From contig MU004237.1 in the NCBI GenBank assembly GCA_010405405.1, forward strand, positions 844,191-877,964: a stretch of 33,774 nucleotides of DNA. The letters are read 5' to 3'. The notes beneath the pieces are model-generated. The model was not told the DNA's origin and did no database searches. It saw only the letters and a program-made list of their open reading frames with translations. This document shows positions 23,160 through 33,774 of the stretch, piece by piece (the first letter of the stretch is position 1; each line of letters starts with the position of its first letter). The position numbers and the translations under genes are program-made. The stretch is from Microthyrium microscopicum (taxonomy: Eukaryota).

Positions 23160-23753
23160 AAGCAACGTCGAAAATCAAAGATTCGATGCTTTCAATCGCC
23201 CTTTGATGTAATGCAAGGGCGTGAACATGAAGTTCAACTGTCCGGAATAGGTCGTTCGTATTTGATGGAGGATGTTTATCTTTTCAATAAATGTACAGAG
23301 GACGATGGGAGAGACCCTGGGAGGAGTTGATGTCTCAGGCTCAGATGCGAGTCATTCCCCTACAACGTCGTAGCTCTTTCTTTGCCAGCCACCATCTTCA
23401 ATGCCACTGTACAATTTTACCTCCGTCCGAGAAAAATCAGACGATGATACAAACTTTGAGTGTTGAGAATGTGGTCTCGCAATTCGCCCTAAATCAAGCT
23501 CCACCACTCAAGATTCAGAAAGCTTCTCTGATGTAAGGTTGATGCAATGATGATATGTACATACAAAAAATAAGAATTTGCACAGAAAGAGACCATATTT
23601 TATTCAGAATATGATGTGTACGTATTACTAAATTAAAGCTTGCTTGATAGATCTTGATTGTTGCGACTTCCATCGGGATAATGACAGATATGAAAAGAGA
23701 AAAGAAGATGTGTTATATATTCGCTACCAAGCAAATTTTCAATTGAACTTCTC

Positions 23754-23849
23754 GCTTCTATAGCTCAGTTGGGAGAGCGCAGCACTGAAGTTCTTTTGAA
23801 TACCTGGGGTGACATGCTGAGGTCACCCGTTCAATCCGGGTTGGAAGCA
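23754..23849 (+). tRNA. tRNA-Phe(GAA) with a 23-nt intron (23791-23813)
   Basis: Acceptor stem GCTTCTA/TGGAAGC, D arm GCTC/GAGC, anticodon stem CAGCA/TGCTG with GAA at 23787-23789, T arm ACCCG-TTCAATC-CGGGT. Mature length is 73 nt. Confidence 0.96.
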
Positions 23850-23853
23850 ACAA

Positions 23854-23860
23854 TTTTTTT
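23854..23860 (+). terminator. Pol III oligo-T terminator
   Basis: T7 run 4 nt after the tRNA discriminator base. Confidence 0.85.
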
Positions 23861-23869
23861 GGTGCCTAC

Positions 23870-24599
23870 TACTAGTGAGCAGGCACGACTTCCGTACCTA
23901 TCCCTAAGACTAGACATCCCCGCTAGGGGATGCCCGCTAGCTTACCCGCTAGCTAGTTTACTCGCTAGAATGCTAAGAGAAATATAGGTACTTAAATTTC
24001 TACTACTACACTACTAAAAGTAAAGTATTTATATTTTTAATTAAATATATTACTTAAAATACTTATTAGGTATAATTAGATCTTTAGAATTTTTATCTTA
24101 TAATAGTATTAGTATTATAGGATCCTTAACTTTAATCTATTCTTTAGCGGCCTTCTTTTTAGCTTTCCTTGCTTTTTAATAACGTTAAGTAAGATCCTCT
24201 TTATCTTATCTCTTTATAACTGCTTCTTAAAGAGATCTAACTAGTATAATATAAGGCTTACTAACGAGCTTGTTTATAGACTTCTTAGATTACTTTATCT
24301 TAGCTTTTTTAGTATAAGCTACTATTATATCTTTAATCTACTTTCTTAGGATTTAATATTAAGTAAAGATAATATTTAACGCTTTTATATACTTCTAAAA
24401 AGCTTTAAAAGGCTTATAGATTTATGTAGTTATTTCTTATTAAATTAAATTAACTTCTTGCTTTATTTTTAGTATTAAAAGTGTCTTAAAGTAGGCTTTA
24501 TTAAGCTCTAGCTATTCTTTCTCTTTAGATGTCTATTCTTCTATTAAATTATCTAAAACTATAGATAAATTAAAAGGCTAGATTCTAGACTCTTTCTAG
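23870..24599 (-). mobile_element. 3' part of a pogo/Fot1-like (Tc1/mariner) DNA transposon, RIP-degenerate; left boundary approximate
   Basis: From 24599 the minus strand reads *KESRI*PFNLSIVLDNL (ancestral WKESGIWPFNPSIVLD), then KTLLILKIK (TPxTPxT) and a K/R-rich tail. This is the typical C-terminus of DDE_1 transposases. The other end is not in the window. Confidence 0.75.
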
Positions 24600-24630
24600 T
24601 ATTAGAGATTAGGGTTATAGAGTAGGTAAG

Positions 24631-24854
24631 TGTAACGAGCTATAGAACTTAGGCAAGTAGATAATTAGATTATATTCTAGAATCTATAAATAAAAGAGAG
24701 AGAAGAAGATCTAGAAGAGCTATAGATCTATAAGGAAAGTAAGTCTACTTAGTAGATCCTTAGGCGTACTAACCCCCTTAGGTCTAGCACGTAATCTTAT
24801 AATAAGATCTCTCTTATAATACTACTATAAAGCCTATAAAGAGGAATTATTATA
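24631..24854 (-). repeat. 3' LTR of Gypsy copy 2
   Basis: Begins with an intact TGTAAC. Direct repeat of 32057-32280. Confidence 0.93.
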
Positions 24855-24913
24855 TAACTCCTCTCTTTAGTATAGCTCTCTAAGCTATAGACTATTAATT
24901 ATATCTACTTTCC

Positions 24914-24973
24914 TAATCTATTCTATTCTAATTTAGTTTAGTCTAGTCTAGTCTAGTCTAGTCTAGTCTAGTT
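24914..24973. repeat. (TAGTC)n pentanucleotide array, copy 2
   Basis: About 12 units, at the same position within the element as in copy 1. Confidence 0.9.
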
Positions 24974-27900
24974 TAATAAACTTTTAGTAATAAATAATAT
25001 TTTAATCCTTCTATAGTATAATACTAATTATATTAGTTATTTAGAATATCTTAACCTCTAGCCTACTAAAGTAACTATTAAGAAGTATTAATAAACCCTA
25101 AGATATTTTTAGAATACTCTAGTTCTTAAGTCCTAGTAGTTTAGTAGTTAGTAATCTTATTAATATAAAGGAATTAGTAGTATAATTATTTACTCCTCCT
25201 AATTAGTAAGAACGTTATTAGAGTTATAATTAATACTATTGCTAATAGGCTCTAGTATTAGTAGTATCTAGGTAGAATATAGGCTTAGCTTATTAAGATA
25301 TTAGGTATAAAACTTAGTAATAAGCTTTAGTATATTCTTAGTAGCTATCTAATTATATTATTTAGCTTTGTTATAACTAGTATACTTAATCTCGTATTAT
25401 AGCTTCTTATATTAATTAATAAAGTAGCTATTAATAATAGTATTAATAGACTATTTATTATTATTTATAGTTTCTCTAATAACTACTAGTAGTAGATTAG
25501 CATACTTAAGTAGCTTAGTATTATTTATAATATAATAAAGGATCTAGGTATAAAAGATATTATATATTTTTATAGAAGAGAGAAGATTAAGTTTATAGGT
25601 AATAGTATTAATCTTCTTAATTATATAGAAGGAGCTTATATTCTTATCGTTTAGAGTCTTTAAAGAATATAAAGTAGGGTAGTTCTATATATCTAAGCAA
25701 ACCTAGTTACTTAGTACTAGGTCTAGGGCTATATAGTAATAGTAGTTAGTATATTTTACTTATTAAGCTTATACCTAGATTAATTACTCTATTAAGTAAT
25801 TATATATCTTAGTATAACTTATTTATATTATATTTATATTAATAACTTCTTTATTAGCTATTATAGAGGCGTTTATAGGTTTTAAGAGACAATATAAGGA
25901 CTTAAGACTTAATTAAGAGTTAAATCTATTTTAAGCTTTAAAAAGTATAACTTCTATAGTAGTATTTATAATAGAATTAACTATAAATTTAGTAAAGAGT
26001 AGAAGGGCTACCTAGTTATTTTAATCCTAGTTAATAAACGTATATAAAAATTACTTAAGTATAGTAACTAAGATTTCTATTATACTATTAGTCTTAGGGT
26101 AAAATACTATACTAAGATAAAGTATAATACCTATACGTTTATATAAGCGCTTCTAGAATATAGAAGTAAATTAGCTACTATAGTCTAAAAGAATTATTAA
26201 TAGCTAGCTAATAAGCTTCTATATATAGTTAATAAAGGCTAATACTATTAAGTCTATAGATAGGTCTAGTAGTAAAATAAAACGCTAAGTTTATATATAT
26301 TAGTTAATAACTATTATAATATATTAGTAGATTATACCTTAGTATAAATAGTAAAGTAGTAAGATAGTAAAGTTAATAGAGATATCTAACTATATATACT
26401 TAAAGAAAAAGAATTAATATAGGAAGCCTTACTTCTTTTAGTAAATAAGTTTAGTAAATACGTATTTATAGCCTTTAATAAAGCTCTTAACGTTCTATAA
26501 TATCTTAAGCTACTAGTAATCTTCTTATAAATAGTAGTAAGTTATTACTACTTTACTATAGCTTATAGCTTTATAGCTATATATACTCTATATAGCGTAA
26601 TACTAAAGTTTACTTTAAAGAATAAAGATCTAGTTATAGTAAAAGATTATCTTATTAGTAGCTACTATATAGTCTCTAAGCTTAATCTATTCTTATTCTA
26701 GAGTACTAAAGAGTAAAAAGAGCTAGTAGTTAGTCTTAGCATAGTAAATAGTAATTATTATTTTATTATATTTTATTATATTTATAATATCCTATAGGAA
26801 CTAGTTACTATTAAAATTTAGGAATAAGTTATCTCCTAAGGAATTAAGTAGCTTACCCTTAGGCGTCTTATTATTACTAAGAGACTCTTTTATAGAATTA
26901 AGTAGCTTACTTATAGAATTAGAAATATCTAACTTATTTTAAGTAATAGTAGCTAAGTATAGTATTAAAAAGTAGGTAGGCTTAATAAGTAATATAGCTA
27001 GCTTTATTATATATTTTATATTAAATTAGTATAGGAATAATAAAGATTAAACTTATTAAAAGATATAAGAGTTATTATTACTTTATAAAATATCTTATAA
27101 CTAATAGGTAAGGATATTTACCTTTCTATTAGCTATACTTAAGTAGTACTTTATTTTAAAGTAAAACTAGAAAAGGAACTTAGCCTATTTAGCTTATTAT
27201 TAAGAAAGATATTTTATTATTATAAATATCTAAAGGTTATAGTAATCTAAGAATACTTAAATAGAGTTAATAAAGCTAAATAGCTTTAGTTTCTACTCTT
27301 TAAATACGTAAATAATAACTAGAAGCTTTTTATTATAAATATTATAATTATACTCTACTAAAGTTATTTTTTTTAAGAAGTACGTAACTAAGTAAAGTTT
27401 TCTATTATTACCTTTTTAAGAGAAGACTATAGCGTAAATCTAATTTAAGGTATCTATCTCTAGCTATATTTCTTTTATATAGTTAAAATAATATAATATC
27501 TTAGTAAATATAAAGTCTTACTTTAGCTTCTTAAATATATATTCTTTTAGCTTATTAGAGTCCTAAAGAAAGATTACTATAGCGTTCTTCTTTATAAGTA
27601 TTATTAGCAGTATTATAGTTTTTAAATATTTAAGAATAAATTAACGATAGAAGTTAATAAAGTTAAGAAAAGCTTAAACGTTTTTTACTAAAGAAGAACG
27701 TTACTAGTTAACTACGCTTTAAATCTTCTTTAAGTCTATCTTAATACTTTTAGTAGTAATAATTAAGCTAAGGTATTTAACTTATTAAGTATTAAATTTA
27801 TACTTCTAAATATCTAAGTATAATTCTACTTTACTTATTACTTTTAGGACTAGGTAAATATAGGTAGTATAGCTAGCTTTAGTATTACTAAAGACTAATA

Positions 27901-30900
27901 GATTATCTATATAGTCTATAATAAAGTTGTCTAGATAATTAATTAAGATATAGTTAAAATAAGCTTAGAAGGTCCTTAGGGCTTTAGTAAAGCTAAAAGG
28001 TATAACTTTAAATTTATATAATCTATAATAAGTTAAAAATATAGTTTTATATTTATTACTAGGTTTAATATAAATATATATAAAGGTAGTAATAACGTTA
28101 AATTTAGAGAAGTATTTTACGTAATAGATATAAATAAGTATTTCTAGTAGCTATAGAGAGACGTTATAATTTTTTTATATAATCTTATTAAGTTTATAAT
28201 AATTAATATAAACTTAAATTCCTCTTCTTAGCTTATATATATATATAGTATTAGTATAGCGTAGTATAACTTACTAGCTTAAACTTAATTTTAACTAAGT
28301 ATTTAATTAATATATTATTTAACGATAAGAGATTCTTAGTAACCTAGGCTATTATAGTAATATTTAGGAATTATAGCGTCTAAGATAATATTAATAGAGT
28401 AATTCTATTTACTATAGTATAGTATAAGTTTATTATCTAATTTTAAGTTAAAGATATCTATATAATAGTAATATTTCTTTAGTAAGCGTTTAAGAATTTC
28501 TTTTTATAAGAAGAAAAGCTTATTATACTTCTTTTGCTATTTTTTAAAATTCTTAAGTAAGATTTTACCTAAGTTAATAGTAATATCTTCTTTTAGCATA
28601 GGATTTAGATTTAGAGGTTTCTTTTCCTTTTTATCTTTAAAGTCGTTAGGCTAGATTTTGCTAAATTGCTAGCCTTATTCTAGTAACTTAATAAAGATAG
28701 TAACGCTAACTATAGTAACGTTTTTAAAGTAAGAGTCTATTAAATTAACTAAGTAGCCCTTATAATCTACTAAGATTAGGTAGCCTATTAGTAAGTAGTA
28801 TATAAAGTAATAGTCTAAGTTAAAGTAGATCTACTTCTTATCTCCTTTAAAGGTAACCTTATAGAGGTTAATCTAAAAGTTACTAAGAATAAAGTTATAA
28901 CTAGTAACGTTTATAATAAAGTAGTAGATTTATTTAATATACCTTCCTAAATAGATATTAACTATAGTAGCTTTATTAACTTTTATAATAGCTTTACTAT
29001 TAGCTAATTATATAATTTAGGAAGTAAAGAGATTAATAATAGAGATTCTATATTATTTAATAAAGTTAAGATAAATAATTTCTATTATTCTACTATTAGT
29101 ATTTATAAGGATATTAATCTTTAAGTAGTAGCCTTATCTTAGAGAAAATATAGTATTAAAAGTAGTCTATTAGTTACTTACTATAGGTATAGTAGCTACT
29201 TCTTAAGGATAAAAATCATATACTATAAAGATAAGGGATATCTTAATAATAGCTAGTTTAGTATTATTAAATATAATAAGCTTTAGGAATAACGCTTATT
29301 AGAGATTATTTTCTAAGCGCTAGATAGTCTTATTAACCTTATATTAGATTTATTCTTTAAAAAGAACTAGCTTAGAGTTAGATTCTTTCTTCTTTTATTA
29401 CTAATTATATACTTTTTGCTTATTTAGCTCCTTTATGCGTCTTTATAGAAAAGCTTTTAGTTTTCTATATTATTACTATAATTATACTTATTATAATTAT
29501 TCTCTATAGTTAGAAACTAAAGAGATTAAGTAGTAATTTAATTATAGATAGTAGTAAACTTTATAATAATAGTAGTAACCTTTAGTTAGATTTTAGCGTC
29601 TAAAAGAGCGTCTTTATCTTTATATAGTACTAAGTTATACTAATAACTATAGCTCTTCTCTCTATACTTTATATAATAGTTATTAGCTTTTAAGGTATTA
29701 TAGATATTTAAAGGATAGTTAAACTTTAGTTTCTATTTACTACTCTTAGTTACTAGATAATTATTATTATTATAGCTTTATAAATTAGTAGAGAAGATGT
29801 ATTTAATATAATAAGCTATAGTATATAAGCTTTTAAGGAAGTTAGTAAATATTTTTAATTCTATAAAGAGTACTTTTTTTATAAACTTTAAGAGTAGAAG
29901 AGGACGTATTTTAATAATCTTATCTTAATTACTAAGCTTAGCTTCTTATAAGTTCTCTAAGAAGTAAGTTAGAAATTATTTAAGCTTCTTAGTAAGCTTT
30001 ATTATAGCTTCTTAACTTTTAAGCTAAGTCTTAGTAATAATATAGCTATCTTTAATACTATACTTATAGTCTAAATTAAACTATATCTCTACTATAAATA
30101 AATATAAGTTAGTTAATTTATAGTTACTCTACTTATTAATAGTACTAAATACCTAATCTTCTATTACTTTTTAAATAACTTAGATCTTAAAGGCTTTTAT
30201 AAAATAGACTTACGTATTATTATTAAGATAATCTAATACTTTACTTTTCTAAACGTAATACTTTTACTTATTCTTTCCTAAAAAGAGTAAAGGCTTATTG
30301 CCTTATACCTTAAGAAAAAAGGCACTATTAACTAAGTTAAAGTTAAAGAAGAAAGTAGTTTAATATAAATCTAGTACCCCTAAAAGTATATTTAAGTTAG
30401 GTTAGTTTATATCTTAAGCTAAGGAGGTTTAGCAAAATAGATTATTATCTACTAACTTATTATAATTAAGATAGAAATTAGTTACTTTAGTAACTAAAAG
30501 TTTCTTTTAGAAAGCGTTAATCTAGACTTAAAGGATAGTAGCTTTATCTATCTTCTTCTATAAAGCTTTATAATATTTACTAATCTTATTAATATAAGTA
30601 GTAAGTACTTCCTTAAGTAAATTATTATTATATTATAGTTCTTATACCTTTTAGTAAGTAGTTACTATTTCTTTAAGGGTAATAGCATTATCTTAAATTT
30701 ATACTTTAAGGTAAGTAATTTACTTTATACGTTTATTATTAATTTTAGCTAAATTCTATATCTCTACTTAAGCTTTTAGAGCTTCTTTCTAAAGAATATA
30801 AATTAAGTCTATATTATAAGTATTTATATTTTACTTAATTTTAAAGAAGTAGGCTATAATTTAAGAGGCTAATAAGGAGGTGTAAAGCTATATAACTAAG

Positions 30901-32056
30901 TTATCTAGCATAAGCTCTTCTTTTAATAAACGTTCTAGGTCTATACCTAATTTAATTAAGTAGTAAGAGTAATAATAGAGGTCTAATTACTTTTCTTTAT
31001 AATAAAAGTATACTCTTACGTCCTTTAGCTTATTGTCTTCTTTATTAAGCATTTTTTATACTTAAGTAGCTTAAAAGATTAAAGGGTTCTTATTAATAAT
31101 TAGAGTAACTAGTTAATTAAGGTCTACTACTATAAAGTAGTAAAATATTAATATAGGTAGTACTTTAGAGCTTTTAGCTTACTAATATAGTTCTATTAGC
31201 TATTCGTATATTTTAGAAAAAAGTCTAGTATTATTATTAGGTTAAAAAAGAGCTAGTAGTTAGTTATCTCCTATATTTATTTAGTTTAATAAAGTTATTT
31301 AACTAGTATTTTAAGGAGTATCTTTTAACGCTTTAGTTTCTTTGCCTTTATAACCTTATTCTAATAGATAATTATCTTCTAACTCGTCTTTATCTTCTAA
31401 TAATGCTCTTAAGTTTAGTTCTAGCAGTTTTAATAGTCTTAAGACGTTCTCTACTAAATCTACTACTTTCTAAGTAGTATCTAATTATATTATATTCTAA
31501 GTATTAAGTCTACTTTAATACTTAGTACGTATAGTAGAAGGGCAATATAATAGAAATAAATAATATAAGCGTATAGAAGATAGAGATTAATACTAATTAT
31601 AAGGCTAAGTATAAATAGCTAGAGATAGTAAGTAGGCTATATAGCTATTAACTTAGGTCTATTAGGCAGAAGCCTTATTAGCTATAGTTATAAATAATAA
31701 AGAAGAGTACTAAGAGGGAACGCTTATTTATTTAGCGCGTTTTAATAGTAAGTATATTAAGTATAATTACAAATATTTAGTAGTAGTATAGAAGATAAAC
31801 TTTAGTATTTTATAGAACTAAGGATAAGAGATAATTAATGCTTAGACTATTAATAGATTAAAGAGTATTAAGGAATTCCGACGCTCTAATTAAATAAAAG
31901 GTTAGTAGAACTAATAGATTTAGTAAATCTATGAAGGATCTTTAATAAGGTCTAAGACTACGTGCGCAAGATGTTAATCTATATAGACGCTTCTTTAGAA
32001 GTAAATTCTAGAGTACGTAGTATAAGTACGCAAATGTTTAAATAATTTGTAGATTA

Positions 32057-32280
32057 TATAATAAGCTACGGAACTTAGGCGAGTAGATAATTAGATTATA
32101 TTCTAGAATCTATAAATAGGAGAGAGAGAAGAAGATCTAGAAGAGCTATAGATCTACGAGGGAAGTAAGTCTACTTAGTAGATCCTTAGGCGCGCTAACC
32201 CCCTTAGGTCTAGCGTATAATCTTATAATAAGATCTCTCTTACAACACCGCTATAAAGCCTATAAAGAGGAATTATTATA
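32057..32280 (-). repeat. 5' LTR of Gypsy copy 2
   Basis: Direct repeat of 24631-24854, followed by the TSD GTAAG. Confidence 0.93.
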
Positions 32281-33774
32281 GTAAGAAGGTTATAAGATAC
32301 TTAATAGATTAAGTATATAGAAATAGGAATAGAAGTAATTGCTAAGGAACTATAAAGGGATTCCTTAGCCTCTATCTTATTACCTAGGAACTTCTAAGGT
32401 TTCTCTCTAAGCTAGAATAGTTTATTTATAAGCTAAGGTACCTTAGAGATATATTTAGCTACTAATTATAATAGTTAGAAACCTATTAGTTCTCTTAACT
32501 ATAAAATATATCTAAAGCTAAAGAAGTAGCTCTACTAGCTTCTAATAGCTATTAGGCTAAGGTACTTAGGCTATAATACCTATCTTAGAGAGTTTATTAG
32601 GTTTAATTCCTAATATTATCTTCCTAATAAGAACCTAAACGTCCTTATAGGTCTCTAAAGAGTTAACTACGTTCTAATAGTACTAATACGCTTTAGAGTA
32701 TATTATATTATAATAATATAAACTACTTAGCTACTATCTAGCTAGCTAGATAATAATTTTAGTAAATCCTAGTAAATCTATTATTAGTTTTAAATATTAT
32801 TTAAAGGGGTACTTCTTAAATAACGATTTATAAAGCTAAACGTTACTATTAGATACTTATTTAGGTTTATCTAGGTTTATTAGAAACTTAAGCGTTTTTA
32901 AGTTTTTTTAGGCTATTACCTTAAGTCTACCTAATCTATAGGTCGTTATCTACTAAGAGTAACTTCTCTCTTTAGAATCTTTACTTATAATAAGGATTAA
33001 TATTAAAGCTTTCTTTAATAAGAAGTACTTAATAAAGTAAGTATTTACCCTTTATTAACCTAATTAGGTAAGAGGGTATTAAATAAGGTATATTTAATTT
33101 TATAATTATATACTTCTTTTAATTCTTCTTTATTTTACTTTTATAGAATTAAGGTATATACCTAAGTAAACCCTAGCTAACTAAGTAAAGCTAACTTTTA
33201 TAAATAGGGCTATAATATAAGAATAAGTCTTAGCTAATAGTTTTAATATTTTACTAATAGCTTTTCTATAAATCTACTTAGTATACTTTATACTCTTTTA
33301 TATCTATTTTCTTTAATAGCTATTATAAAGAATAAAGTAGAAGCTAATAAGGCTCTAAATAGATCTAGTCTATTTCTATTTAACGCCTCTAAGGTTTCTA
33401 AAGATACTATTAATTTACTAAAAACTCTAATTATTAGTACTATAAAACTAACTAATTCTATTAACCTTAATACTATTAAAAAGGCAACTAATTAGGTTAA
33501 ATTTATTAATAGTACTAAAATTAATACTAATAATAACTATATTAAACTATTAAGTTTAGGCTACTTTTCTTTAGAACCTTCTAAATTTAAGAAGATTAAG
33601 AAGAATACTATTTAGGTTAAGAAGAAAGGAAAGATTTCTAAGTATAACTATAATAATAAGTCTAAACTTTCTTAACCTAACGTGAAATAAATATATATTA
33701 ATAGTATTATATATATTAATAAGGCTTAGGCTTAGTTTAAATTATACTAAACTTTTCTTATTTATAATATATTA

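Larger units (their letters stand above)
24631..32280 (-). mobile_element. Full-length Ty3/Gypsy chromovirus, copy 2 (RIP-inactivated)
   Basis: 224-bp LTRs at 24631-24854 and 32057-32280. Perfect TSD GTAAG at 24626-24630 and 32281-32285. Collinear with copy 1 along its length; RT motif at about 27880-28055. Confidence 0.95.
24600..33774. mobile_element. Unidentified RIP-mutated element (probably another LTR retrotransposon) inserted in the pogo element and itself interrupted by Gypsy copy 2
   Basis: Pogo similarity stops at 24599, where TATTAG (RIP of TGTTAG) starts. The sequence resumes after 32285 with LTR-like text (TATAAA, a CT-rich stretch, a possible end at CTATAATA about 32578). The rest is TpA-rich with no motif I can recognise. 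Confidence 0.4.

Noticed and set aside
23769..23987. 72-aa ORF
   Set aside because: It overlaps the tRNA and the transposon end, so it is spurious.
1..33774. Starship-type giant element
   Set aside because: No DUF3435 captain tyrosine recombinase or matching boundary is visible in the window.

Overview
Filamentous ascomycete (Pezizomycotina-type) genomic DNA with a two-compartment layout: a GC-balanced gene island (about 11.9-23.9 kb) between two very AT-rich, RIP-mutated, nested transposon blocks. Left block: a Mutator/MULE DNA transposon (1328-11891; 112-bp TIRs, perfect 9-bp TSD TTACGAGAA) ends 52 bp upstream of a NACHT-type NLR-like gene and is interrupted by a full-length 7.65-kb Ty3/Gypsy chromovirus (2165-9816, minus strand). 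Right block: starts just after an intron-containing tRNA-Phe(GAA), with the 3' part of a pogo/Fot1-like transposon, a probable second LTR element, and a second full-length copy of the same chromovirus (24631-32280, TSD GTAAG). The chromovirus shows a Tf1/sushi-type self-priming signature. Genes: the 3' end of a DUF3328/UstYa-like oxidase at the left edge (missed by the ORF track), a HeLo-like/SesA-NACHT protein, a Cys- and Tyr-rich putative GPI-anchored protein, prefoldin subunit 1 divergent from a TMA17/ADC17-like gene, alkaline ceramidase, an ankyrin pseudogene and a CorA-like membrane protein. I see no convincing wholly new system; the best leads are under findings. All family calls are by eye, with no database searches.
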